Below the pieces are notes generated by a model, which worked only from the letters and a program-made list of their open reading frames with translations, was not told the DNA's origin and did not search any database. A DNA stretch of 64,000 nucleotides from Burkholderiaceae bacterium (GTDB lineage: Bacteria; Pseudomonadota; Gammaproteobacteria; Burkholderiales; Burkholderiaceae_C), in contig SCQQ01000014.1 of NCBI GenBank assembly GCA_004299095.1, forward strand, positions 14,530-78,529, in the 5' to 3' direction. This document shows, piece after piece, positions 1-9,026 of this stretch (the first letter of the stretch is position 1; each line of letters begins with the position of its first letter). A program made the translations under genes and the position numbers.

Positions 1-1
1 A

Positions 2-1606
2 CGCGACCTGCAAGCCAAAGTCAGCCTGGCGCGCGCCAGCGGCGACCTGACGATTCTGGCGACCGACGCCGAAACCGACGTGCCGTCGCGCGTCACGGCC
101 GGCCTGCGCGCTGCCCGCATACAACTGGACGTGGGCGGCGGCAACGCCACGGTGAATGCGCTTTGGGACAGCGCGCGCGCTGGCTACGTCGAGGGCACGC
201 TGCGCACCCAACTGACCGCCACGCACAACAAGGGCGCGGCTTTCCCGTGGACGTGGAGCGAAAACGCGACGATCGAAGGCCAGATCACCGCCCGCCTGCC
301 CACCATTTCCACCTGGTCCATCCTGGCGCCGCCCGGCTGGCGGCTGCGCGGCGCCGTCAGCGCCGACGTGCGCATTGCCGGCACCGGCGCGGCACCGCAA
401 CTGAGCGGCACGCTGTCGGCCGATCACCTGGCGCTGCGCTCAGTCGTCGATGGGGTGCAGTTGCAAGACGGCCAATTGCGCGCGCACCTGGACGGCATGC
501 GCCTGGTGCTGGACCAATTCATCCTGCACGGCCCGGGCGCGGACGGCAGCGGCGGCACGGTCAGCGCCACGGGCGAGGCCGGCTGGATCGGTGGCCAGCT
601 CGAAGCCCGGCTCAGTACTGCCATAGACCAATTGCGCGCGAGCGTGCGCGACGACCGCAAGGTGACCGTGTCGGGCAAGCTGGACACCGCCTTCAAGGAC
701 CGCGTGGTCAGCGCCGACGGCGCGCTCCGCGTCGACCACGCGCTCATCGTGCTGCCCGATGCCAGCCGCCCGACGCTGGGCGCCGACGTGGTGATTCACG
801 GCGCGACCCCACCCAGCCACGGCGCCGCCAACGCCAAGAGCAAGGCCGCACCCGTCCTTTCAAATGCCGACAGCGCGCTCAAGGCCAAGGTGGACGTCCA
901 GATCAACCTGGGCGACGACTTCGAACTCAAGGGCATGGGCATCGCCACGCGCTTGGCCGGCACGCTGGCCCTGACGGCTGACGGGCCACTTGCGCAAATG
1001 CCCACGCTCAAGGGCCGGGTGCAGACCGAAGGCGGCCGCTTCCGGGCGTACGGGCAAACGCTGACCATCGCGCGCGGGCGCATCTTCTTCTCGGGCAACG
1101 TGGCCAACCCGGGTCTCGACATCCTGGCGCTGCGGCCCAACTACAGCAGCGACCAGAAAGTGGGCGTGCAGATCCAGGGCACGGCGCTGCTGCCGCAAGT
1201 GCATCTCTATTCCGATCCGGCGCTGCCCGACAACCAGACGCTCGCTTGGCTGCTGCTGGGCCACGCCGCGCCGGAGAACGGCGGCGAAGCGGCGATGATG
1301 CAATCGGCCGCGCTGGCGCTCTTGGGCGGGCGCGAAAGCCGCGGACTGGCATCGACCTTCGGACTAGATGAACTGAGTTTCAGCCAAACCAGCAACGCCG
1401 CCACCGGCCAGAACGGCAACAGCCTGACGCTCGGCAAGCGCATTTCCGATCGCCTGTACGCCGCCTACGAACAGGGCCTGGGCGGCGCCACCAGCGTGCT
1501 CATGATCTTCTACGAGCTCTCGAAACGCTGGGTGATTCGCGGCCAGGCCGGGGCCGATTCGGCCGTGGATTTGATCTTCCGGCTGTCCTACGGATCGGGC
1601 GAGTGA
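2..1606 (+). CDS. tamB: TamB (translocation and assembly module subunit B), C-terminal part; 5' end lies outside the window
   Basis: The frame is open from the window edge (no stop between nt 2 and the GTG at 80). Long repetitive beta-rich sequence ending in a DUF490-like C terminus (LTLGKRISDRLYAAYEQGL...WVIRGQAGADSAVDLIFRLSYG). Confidence 0.8.
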   Translation, partial: RDLQAKVSLARASGDLTILATDAETDVPSRVTAGLRAARIQLDVGGGNATVNALWDSARAGYVEGTLRTQLTATHNKGAAFPWTWSENATIEGQITARLPTISTWSILAPPGWRLRGAVSADVRIAGTGAAPQLSGTLSADHLALRSVVDGVQLQDGQLRAHLDGMRLVLDQFILHGPGADGSGGTVSATGEAGWIGGQLEARLSTAIDQLRASVRDDRKVTVSGKLDTAFKDRVVSADGALRVDHALIVLPDASRPTLGADVVIHGATPPSHGAANAKSKAAPVLSNADSALKAKVDVQINLGDDFELKGMGIATRLAGTLALTADGPLAQMPTLKGRVQTEGGRFRAYGQTLTIARGRIFFSGNVANPGLDILALRPNYSSDQKVGVQIQGTALLPQVHLYSDPALPDNQTLAWLLLGHAAPENGGEAAMMQSAALALLGGRESRGLASTFGLDELSFSQTSNAATGQNGNSLTLGKRISDRLYAAYEQGLGGATSVLMIFYELSKRWVIRGQAGADSAVDLIFRLSYGSGE

Positions 1607-2262
1607 CGCGGCGCCCGCCGCCGCGCCAGAGTTGAATCCGGCGCCGCGGGTGCGGCGCGGGTGGAATGACGGCCTTCGGCCATCGCATCGATCACCGCGG
1701 ATTGCAGACGGCGTGTCCACGCCGTCGAGCCGGTGGCGCGCGTGAGCAGTCCGGCACCGATCAGGGCGGCAAACTGCGCCAACACCTGTGCTTCGGGCGG
1801 TTCGGCCGCACCCGCGCGTGCCGCGGTCTGGCTGGCTGCGGCCTTGAACTGATCGAACAGCGCGGCCACGCCGCCCGCGTACGTTGCCGCCGCCTCGTCA
1901 TCGCGCGGCAGTTGGCACGCCTCGGAAGAAAACGCGAGCAGCGGGCAACTGCGCTCCGGCGGCCGCTTGCGGAAATAGTGGCGTGCCAGCGCGGCCAGTT
2001 CGCCGGGCGCTTCGGCCTCGCTGCGCCTGCGCACCTCTTTCCACGCCGTCGCCGCATGGTCGAAAGCCAGCGCGAAAGCCTCATCGACCAGCGCTTCCCT
2101 GGAATCGAACTGCTTGTAGAACGCGCCTACCGTCAAGCCCGCCGCGTCCATCACTTCGGCCAGAGTGACATTTTCAGTCCCCTTGGCGCGGAACAGCGCG
2201 CTCGCCACCGCCACGACGCGCGCCCGGTTGTGCGCGGCCTGCGCGCGCGATGCCCGGCCCAT
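1588..2262 (-). CDS. TetR/AcrR family transcriptional regulator
   Basis: N-terminal HTH signature NRARVVAVASALFRAKGTENVTLAEVMDAAGLTVGAFYKQFDSREALV. ATG at 2262 lies 3 nt after the MaoC stop, so the two are probably co-transcribed. Confidence 0.85.
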   Translation of the reverse strand: MGRASRAQAAHNRARVVAVASALFRAKGTENVTLAEVMDAAGLTVGAFYKQFDSREALVDEAFALAFDHAATAWKEVRRRSEAEAPGELAALARHYFRKRPPERSCPLLAFSSEACQLPRDDEAAATYAGGVAALFDQFKAAASQTAARAGAAEPPEAQVLAQFAALIGAGLLTRATGSTAWTRRLQSAVIDAMAEGRHSTRAAPAAPDSTLARRRAPRHSPDP

Positions 2263-2265
2263 GGC

Positions 2266-2718
2266 CTACGCCGGCCGCCGCATGACGAGGATGCGCATCA
2301 CCACGTGCTGGCAGACGTCGTCGCGCTGGTTGCGCGTCTCGCTGTCCAGCGTGACCAGGCCCCGATCCGGCTTGGAACGCGACGGCGTGATCGCCGTGAT
2401 CTTGCTCACCACGTGCAAGGTGTCGCCGGGCCGGGTGGGCCGCGGCCACTCGATGCTGCCGCCCGCGCCGATGATGCCGCTGCCAAACGGCACGCTCGCC
2501 ACCAGCAGCTTCATGGTGACGGCGGCCGTGTGCCAGCCGCTCGCCGCCAATCCCTGGAAGAAGGAATGCTGCGCCGCAGCCGCGTCCAGGTGGAACGGCT
2601 GCGGGTCGAACTCGCGCGCGAAGGCGATGGTTTGCGCTTCGTCTAAATGATGTTCGGCGCTGCGAAATTCATCGCCAACGGCCAGGTCGTCGAGATACAG
2701 CGGGGTGGATTTTGTCAT
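2266..2718 (-). CDS. MaoC-like (R)-hydratase / hot-dog fold dehydratase
   Basis: MTKSTPLYLDDLAVGDEFRSAEHHLDEAQTIAFAREFDPQPFHLD...GWHTAAVTMKL is a typical MaoC dehydratase N-terminal region. I chose the internal ATG at 2718 rather than the ORF-track start at 2805. Confidence 0.8.
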   Translation of the reverse strand: MTKSTPLYLDDLAVGDEFRSAEHHLDEAQTIAFAREFDPQPFHLDAAAAQHSFFQGLAASGWHTAAVTMKLLVASVPFGSGIIGAGGSIEWPRPTRPGDTLHVVSKITAITPSRSKPDRGLVTLDSETRNQRDDVCQHVVMRILVMRRPA

Positions 2719-2780
2719 GGGGTTCCCGGTTGCGAAAAGTGGGATCGGTGCGGATTGGATGCAGCGGACGTTCGCGCCGA

Positions 2781-2802
2781 ATAGATTATCATACCTATCT
2801 AT
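2781..2802. promoter_or_regulatory. AT-rich inverted repeat ATAGAT-N10-ATCTAT in the divergent maoC-tetR / MFS intergenic region; candidate TetR operator or promoter element
   Basis: Read directly: atagattatcatacctatctat. This is the only AT-rich stretch in a GC-rich 137-bp divergent intergenic region next to a TetR gene. Confidence 0.3.
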
Positions 2803-2855
2803 CAACGTCGCCAGCCCATGACGAAATCAACCACCCCGCCGAGGATGAACCCGCC

Positions 2856-4073
2856 ATGTTGAAAGAGCTCAAGGAACCGGGCGCATGGCTGATCACACTG
2901 GCTGCCGCCGGCGTGTTGATGATCACCATGGGCGCGCGCCAGACCATCGGCCTGTTCGTCGGCCCGATCAACACGTCCACTGGCATGGGCATCGCCACTA
3001 TCAGTTTCGCGCTGGCGATCGCGCAGCTCACCTGGGGCGCCGTGCAGCCGCTGGCGGGCGCGGCCGCCGACCGCTGGGGCCCGTTTGCGGTGCTGGTGGC
3101 CGGCACCGTCGTCATGGCGTTCGGAACGGCACTCACGCCGCTGGTCTCCTCCGGCATCGGCCTCACGTTCACCCAAGGTCTGCTGGTGGCGGTCGGCGCC
3201 GGCGCCGGCAGCTTTTCCGTGCTGATCGGCGCCGCAGCGCTGCGCATGTCACCTGAGGCCCGCGGCACCGCATCCGGCGTCATCAACGCCGGCGGCTCGG
3301 TCGGGCAACTGGTGTTCGCGCCCCTGGCGCAAAAGCTGATCCAGTGGCTGGGCTGGATGGGCGCGATGTACACGCTGGCCGTGATCTGGCTGGCCGCGCT
3401 GCCGCTGGCCGGCAAGGTCGCGGGCGGCGGCAAAATCAGCAAACCCGTGGTGGAGTTGAGTCCAGTCAGCCTGCGCCAGACGGTCAAGGATGCCCTGCAC
3501 GATCGCGATTACCTGCTGCTGAATCTGGGCTTCTTCACCTGCGGTTTCCACATCGCTTTTCTCACCACCCACCTGCCCACCGAAATTGGCCTGTGTGGTC
3601 TGCCGCCCACCGTGGCCAGCACCTCGCTCGCGCTGATCGGCGGCGCCAACATTTTCGGCAGCATCTGGGTCGGCCACCTGGTCGGCCGCTACCGCAGCAA
3701 GATGATTCTGGCGCTGATGTACACGAGCCGCGCGGTGCTGATCGGCTGGTATTTGATGATGCCGCACACCACGGCGGTGTTCTATGTGTTCGCCATCGGC
3801 CTCGGGCTCACGTGGCTCGCCACCGTGCCGCCCACGGCATGCATCGTCGGCAAGCTGTTCAACGTGCGCTTTCTCGGCACCCTGTTCGGTCTGACGCTGT
3901 TCACGCACCAGATCGGCGGTTTCCTCGGCGCCTGGCTGGGCGGCCTCGCGCTGGACGCGTTCAACAGCTACGACCCCATGTGGTGGGCCGATATCGCGCT
4001 GGCGCTGCTGGCCGCGGCGATCAATTTGCCGATCCGTGAAGCGCGCGTGCGGCGGCAGCTGGCACGCGCTTGA
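2856..4073 (+). CDS. MFS transporter
   Basis: About 12 predicted hydrophobic spans with an MFS-like pattern (LAIAQLTWGAVQPLAGAAADRWGP). Start placed at ATG 2856 (MLKELKEPGAW...). Confidence 0.8.
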   Translation: MLKELKEPGAWLITLAAAGVLMITMGARQTIGLFVGPINTSTGMGIATISFALAIAQLTWGAVQPLAGAAADRWGPFAVLVAGTVVMAFGTALTPLVSSGIGLTFTQGLLVAVGAGAGSFSVLIGAAALRMSPEARGTASGVINAGGSVGQLVFAPLAQKLIQWLGWMGAMYTLAVIWLAALPLAGKVAGGGKISKPVVELSPVSLRQTVKDALHDRDYLLLNLGFFTCGFHIAFLTTHLPTEIGLCGLPPTVASTSLALIGGANIFGSIWVGHLVGRYRSKMILALMYTSRAVLIGWYLMMPHTTAVFYVFAIGLGLTWLATVPPTACIVGKLFNVRFLGTLFGLTLFTHQIGGFLGAWLGGLALDAFNSYDPMWWADIALALLAAAINLPIREARVRRQLARA

Positions 4074-4586
4074 GCCGGCAGTTTGAGCCGCGCGCGAACA
4101 CCTGATTCGGTGGCAGTCCCGCGTCTTGGGGCGCTGCAACGCTTCCAGCCGACCGGTCAACCCGGCCGAACGAGGCGAGGTTTTCGGAGTGCCCGCACAG
4201 CGCCGCCATGTCGGCCGCGCCGTCCGCCCGGACCAGCGGGTCCGTCGTCGTGTTTTCTTCAGCACCTCGGGTACACGCCCGGAACGCCCGTCGCAAAGAA
4301 AGACGAGATTGAGGCCCGGGCGCCGCTCCGCGCACCTCAGCCAGCGCACGGTGCCCGTGAACACGCCTGTCCGCGGCACGCGGATACACGACCCGAGAAC
4401 TGCACGATTCATACCGGGGCATCATTGGATTCCTGACGGGTACAGCGGGGCTTTTCAAGGTCTTGGCAACCTCGGTCGCTCAACTCAAGTGCGCGGCGGC
4501 GATCAGGCGTGGTCTTTGCATCCGGGGATTTCAGCCGTCTCGCGGCATCGCGCCGCCGCGAGCGCGTGATCGTGAGGAAAAACGTT

Positions 4587-6353
4587 ATGGCGGTATTGCT
4601 GTCGGTCAATGTCGGCCGGGCCAAGGATATTCGATGGAAGGGCCGGACGATCCACACCGGCATCTGGAAGAGCCCGGTGATGGACCGTCGCCGTGTGCGC
4701 CGTCTCAACATCGACGGCGATGAGCAAGGCGACAAGATCGGCCACGGCGGCGAGCAGCGCGCCGTCATGGTGTACCAGATCGAGTCGTACCGCTACTGGC
4801 AGCGGCAGATGGGGCGTTCGGACTTTGTGTTCGGCCAGTTCGGCGAGAACCTGACGGTCAGCAGCCTGCCCGATACCGAGGTGTGCATTGGCGACCGCTA
4901 CCGCATCGGCAGCGCGCTGTTCGAGGTGACCCAACCGCGCGTGACCTGCTACCGCGTCGGCATCCGCCTGGGCGAGCCGCGCATGGCCGCGCTGCTGGTG
5001 GCGCACCACCGCCCGGGGTTCTACATGCGCGTACTCGAAGAAGGCGACATTGCCGCGGGCGATGCCATCACAAAGGTGGCCGACGGTCCCGAGCGGATGA
5101 GCGTGACCGAGGCCGACGGGCTGGTGTATCTGCCGCATCCCGATCCGGCGGCTGTGCAACGCGCGCTGCGCATCGAGGCGTTTGCGCCCGGCTGGAAGAT
5201 CGCCTTCAAAACCCTGGCCGAGCAGATGTCCGGCATCGGCTGGGCCGAGGGCAAGGGCCTTATCCGCAACGCGGGCGACCCTGCCGCATGGGCCGGCTTT
5301 GCGCCCATGCGCGTGCAGGCGGTGCGGCGGCGCACCGACACCGTCATCGATCTGGAACTGCAAGGCGAGGACGCCGCTGCCCACGCCAGCGCCCAAGCCG
5401 GCCAGTTCATCACGCTGCGCATCCCCGGCAACGCGGACGCGGCGCCAGCGCTGCGCAGTTATTCGCTTGTTTCAACCGCCACGGCTGGACGCTATCCCAT
5501 CGCCGTCAAGTGCGAATCCGGTGGTGTGGGCGGCGACTATCTCCGCGGCGTCAAGATCGGCAACGTGCTGCAGGTGGCGGCGCCGCGGGGCGGTTTCGTG
5601 TTGCGCGCCGGTCCGCAACCGGTGGTGTTTTTGAGCGCTGGCATTGGCGTCACGCCGGTGCTTGCCATGCTGCGTGACCGCGTGGCGCAGGCCGACGCAG
5701 GGCCACGACCGGTGGTCTGGATCCACGGCGCGCGCAATGGCGCGCAGGATGCCTTCGCCGCCGAAGCGAGGGCGCTGCTCGGCCAATTGCCGGGCAGCAA
5801 ACACGTGATCGCCTACAGCCGGCCGCTGCCTGCAGATCGCGAAGGGCTCGACTTCGACGTGTGCGGGCGCCTTGATCTGGCCAAGCTGCGCGCCATCGGC
5901 CTCCCGACCGACGCCGACGTGTACCTGTGCGGCCCCGATGCCTTCATGCGCGACATGCAAGCGGCGCTGGCGGCGCTCTCCATCCCCGCGCTGCACATCC
6001 GCACCGAGCGCTTCACGCCCGCCACCGAGGCGCTGACGCCGGGTATCGTCGATCTGCCGCAGCGCGCGCCGCACATTCCCGACGGCGCCGCGGGCAGCGG
6101 CCCACGCATCACGTTCGCGCGCAGCGGCATCTCCGCCCGTTGGGACAGCCGCTACCACAGCTTGCTGGAGCTGGCAGAAGCCTGCGACGTCAAGGTGCGC
6201 TGGGCGTGCCGCACCGGCGTATGCCACACCTGCATCAACCGCACCCTGCGCGGCACGGTGGAATACGATCCCGAGCCGCTGGAGCGCCCCAGCGCCGGCA
6301 ATGCGCTGATTTGCTGCTCGCATCCAGTGGGCGAGGTCGATTTGGACATGTAG
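4587..6353 (+). CDS. Three-domain fusion: YiiM-like MOSC domain + FAD/NAD(P)-binding ferredoxin-reductase module + C-terminal 2Fe-2S ferredoxin
   Basis: MOSC-like N terminus (MAVLLSVNVGRAKDIRWKGRTIHTGIWKSPV...FEVTQPRVTCYRV). RSYSL flavin motif. VVFLSAGIGVTPVLAML nucleotide-binding motif. CRTGVCHTCI...LICCS cluster cysteines. GAGGAA Shine-Dalgarno 7 nt before ATG 4587. Confidence 0.85.
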   Translation: MAVLLSVNVGRAKDIRWKGRTIHTGIWKSPVMDRRRVRRLNIDGDEQGDKIGHGGEQRAVMVYQIESYRYWQRQMGRSDFVFGQFGENLTVSSLPDTEVCIGDRYRIGSALFEVTQPRVTCYRVGIRLGEPRMAALLVAHHRPGFYMRVLEEGDIAAGDAITKVADGPERMSVTEADGLVYLPHPDPAAVQRALRIEAFAPGWKIAFKTLAEQMSGIGWAEGKGLIRNAGDPAAWAGFAPMRVQAVRRRTDTVIDLELQGEDAAAHASAQAGQFITLRIPGNADAAPALRSYSLVSTATAGRYPIAVKCESGGVGGDYLRGVKIGNVLQVAAPRGGFVLRAGPQPVVFLSAGIGVTPVLAMLRDRVAQADAGPRPVVWIHGARNGAQDAFAAEARALLGQLPGSKHVIAYSRPLPADREGLDFDVCGRLDLAKLRAIGLPTDADVYLCGPDAFMRDMQAALAALSIPALHIRTERFTPATEALTPGIVDLPQRAPHIPDGAAGSGPRITFARSGISARWDSRYHSLLELAEACDVKVRWACRTGVCHTCINRTLRGTVEYDPEPLERPSAGNALICCSHPVGEVDLDM

Positions 6354-6536
6354 CGCATCGCGCGATCCGGCAGCGCCGCTGGGATGTCGACCCGGGGCGC
6401 GGCCATCCCCGCATGTGATCAGCGGAATAAAAGCACGAAGTGGAAAGCAAAGCCGCGCTGAATCAAGCGGACGAAAAGCTCAAGGCCGGCGGCATCAAGG
6501 TCGCCTGCGCGCCGCGGCGGGTGGCATCAGCCGCAA

Positions 6537-7271
6537 TCACAGCCCCAGATAAGCGCGCTGCACCGCCGGATCATCGATCAGATCCTTGGCGCTGCCCGAC
6601 AGCGCCACGGCGCCGGTCTCGATCACGTATGCGCGGTCGGCGCCGGAAAGCGCCACCTGCACGTCCTGCTCGACCAGCAGCACCGTGACGCCATGCTTGC
6701 GAATTTCGGCCAGGATGTCCATCAACTGGTCGACGATCACCGGCGCGAGCCCCAAGCTCATTTCGTCGATCATCATGAGTTTGGGCGCGGCCATGAGCGC
6801 GCGCGCCATGGCGCACATCTGCTGCTCGCCGCCCGACATGCTGCCGGCCAACTGGCGCTTGCGCTCGCCCAGGCGCGGAAACAGCGTGTACACCTTGTCG
6901 AGGTCGCGCGCGACGTCCGCCTTGTCGTGGCGCCGGTAGGCGCCCATGAGCAGGTTGTCGCGCACCGTCATGCGCGGGAACAACTGCCGCCCTTCGGGCA
7001 CCTGCACCAGCCCGAGCGCGAACACCTGATCCGGCGCCATCCGCGTCAGATCGTGACCATCGAACGTGACGCTGCCGGTGCAGTCGATCACGCGCGACAG
7101 CGCGCGCAGCGTGGTGGTTTTGCCGGCGCCGTTGCTGCCCACCAGCGCCACCATCTCCGCCGGGTGCACGTCGATCGAAATGCCGTGCAGGACGGGCACC
7201 GCACCGTAGCCGGCGCTCAGGTTCTCGACCTTCAGGAGCGGCGCACCCAGCGCTGGCTTGGCTTCACTCAC
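6537..7271 (-). CDS. livF: Branched-chain/hydrophobic amino acid (HAAT family) ABC transporter ATP-binding protein, LivF-type
   Basis: Walker A GSNGAGKTT, signature MSGGEQQM, Walker B LMMIDEMSLGLAP. Overlaps the upstream LivG-type gene by 4 nt. Confidence 0.9.
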   Translation of the reverse strand: MSEAKPALGAPLLKVENLSAGYGAVPVLHGISIDVHPAEMVALVGSNGAGKTTTLRALSRVIDCTGSVTFDGHDLTRMAPDQVFALGLVQVPEGRQLFPRMTVRDNLLMGAYRRHDKADVARDLDKVYTLFPRLGERKRQLAGSMSGGEQQMCAMARALMAAPKLMMIDEMSLGLAPVIVDQLMDILAEIRKHGVTVLLVEQDVQVALSGADRAYVIETGAVALSGSAKDLIDDPAVQRAYLGL

Positions 7272-8002
7272 GCGCGCTTCCTTCCGAGATAGGCTTGCAC
7301 CACCGTGGGATCGGAGAGCACCGCATCGGGCGCGCCATCGGCGATTTTTTCGCCGTGATGCAGCACCAGCAAGCGGTCCGACAGGCTCTTGATCGCCTTG
7401 ATCACGTGCTCGATCACCAGCACGCTGATGCCCTCATCGCGCACCTTGCGGATCACGGCGATGACCTCGTCGATTTCAACGTGATTGAGCCCCGCCATCA
7501 CTTCGTCGCACAGCAGCAGCTTGGGCTTCATCGCCAGCGCCTTGGCCAGTTCCAGCCGCTTGCGGCTCGGGCCGCCAAGCGCGTCGGCGCGCTGGTCCGC
7601 AAATTTTTCCAGTCCGACGAATTCCAGCGCTTCCCGCGCCTGCTCGCGCGCCCGGCCCAGCTTGCGCTCGCCGCCGCCATGGCCGAAGAGCGCGCCGATG
7701 GCGACGTTGTCGAGCACCGACAGCCCCGGAAACGGCTGCATGATCTGGAACGTGCGCCCGATCCCCAGGTGCGCGCGGCGGAACGCCGGCACGTGCGCAA
7801 TCGACCGGCCCTCGAAGCGCACGTCGCCCTCGGTCGGCGCGAGCGTGCCGCTCACCATGCTGATGAGCGTGGTCTTGCCGGCGCCGTTCGGGCCGATCAG
7901 CCCGAGGATCTCGCCCTGCCGCAGCGTGAAGCTGACGTCGTTCACCGCCAGCAGCCCGGCGAAGCGGCGCGTCACGTGGTCGACTTCAAGCAGGTTGCTC
8001 AT
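7268..8002 (-). CDS. livG: HAAT-family ABC transporter ATP-binding protein, LivG-type
   Basis: GPNGAGKTT Walker A, LLLCDEVMAGL Walker B, and the LivG-type C terminus DPTVVQAYLG. Confidence 0.9.
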   Translation of the reverse strand: MSNLLEVDHVTRRFAGLLAVNDVSFTLRQGEILGLIGPNGAGKTTLISMVSGTLAPTEGDVRFEGRSIAHVPAFRRAHLGIGRTFQIMQPFPGLSVLDNVAIGALFGHGGGERKLGRAREQAREALEFVGLEKFADQRADALGGPSRKRLELAKALAMKPKLLLCDEVMAGLNHVEIDEVIAVIRKVRDEGISVLVIEHVIKAIKSLSDRLLVLHHGEKIADGAPDAVLSDPTVVQAYLGRKRA

Positions 8003-8078
8003 ATGCGGCCCCCACGCTGCGCCTGCTGCGCTGCCCCCGAGGGGGCTTTCGCGTCTCCGGACGGTCGCAGCACGACGC

Positions 8079-9026
8079 TCATAGCCGATTCGTCCGCACG
8101 TTCTCGGAAAAATAACGCCAGCCGAGCGTGCGGATGCGCCGCGCCAGGTCGGCCAGGCCGTGGGGCATGAAGACCACCGCCGCGACGATCACGATGCCGA
8201 AGAACAGCCCGGCGATGCGCGTGATCGAACTGGACAGCACTTCCGACACCGCCGAGAGCGAAATGGCACCCACGATGGGCCCGAACACCGTGCCGGCACC
8301 GCCGAACACCACCATGATGATCATCTTCACGTTCAGGCTGATGTCGAACGCGCTGCCCGGATCGAGGAAAGTGATGAAGTACGCCTGGATGCCGCCCGCC
8401 AGCGCGCTGAACGCGCCCGACAGCGCGAACGCCAGCACCTTGTAGAGCGTGGTGTTGACGCCGAGGACCGCGGCGCTGTCTTCGTTCTCGCGGATGGCGA
8501 TCAGGCCGAAGCCGAAGCGGCTGTGCGAGATCCAGTAAATGCTGAGCGTGGCGACAACCAGCAGGCCCAGCGCCAGTTCGTAGAAGAGCGCGTCGTTGTT
8601 CAGCGGCGGCAGCACCAGGCCGATGTTCTGACCGGCCAGCGGCACGTTGGAAATGATGGCCGCCATCACGCCCGCCAGCGCCAGCGTGGCAATCGCGAAA
8701 TAGTGGCCGCGCAAGCGCAGCACCGGGATGCCGACGATGAAGGCGAACACCACCGCGAGCAGCACGCCGAAGCCCATGCCGACCGCAAACGGCAAATGCC
8801 ACTGCACCATGGCGATGGCCACGCCGTAGGCGCCCAACCCGTAGAAAACCGAATTGCCGAACGAGGGGTAGCCGGTGTAGCCGCCGATGATGTTCCAGCC
8901 TTGCGCCAGCACCGCCAGCAGCAGCGCGTTGATGCCAAATTGCGTCAGTACGTCGGAGCCATACCACGGCACGCCGATCAGCACCAGCACGGCGACGGCC
9001 AACAGGTATCGGGCCCAGCTCTTCAT
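8079..9026 (-). CDS. livM: HAAT-family ABC transporter permease, LivM-type
   Basis: Polytopic membrane protein with the typical LivM pattern (GYPSFGNSVFYGLGAYG...). Overlaps the livH-type gene by 4 nt. Confidence 0.88.
   Translation of the reverse strand: MKSWARYLLAVAVLVLIGVPWYGSDVLTQFGINALLLAVLAQGWNIIGGYTGYPSFGNSVFYGLGAYGVAIAMVQWHLPFAVGMGFGVLLAVVFAFIVGIPVLRLRGHYFAIATLALAGVMAAIISNVPLAGQNIGLVLPPLNNDALFYELALGLLVVATLSIYWISHSRFGFGLIAIRENEDSAAVLGVNTTLYKVLAFALSGAFSALAGGIQAYFITFLDPGSAFDISLNVKMIIMVVFGGAGTVFGPIVGAISLSAVSEVLSSSITRIAGLFFGIVIVAAVVFMPHGLADLARRIRTLGWRYFSENVRTNRL

Noticed and set aside
6440-6688. 82-aa ORF beginning ESKAALNQADEKLKAGGIKVA downstream of the MOSC gene.
   Set aside because: Only the first 20 residues or so look protein-like. 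The rest is antisense to livF and Arg/Pro-rich. There is no Shine-Dalgarno and only a GTG start. It is possibly a tiny gene remnant but cannot be supported.
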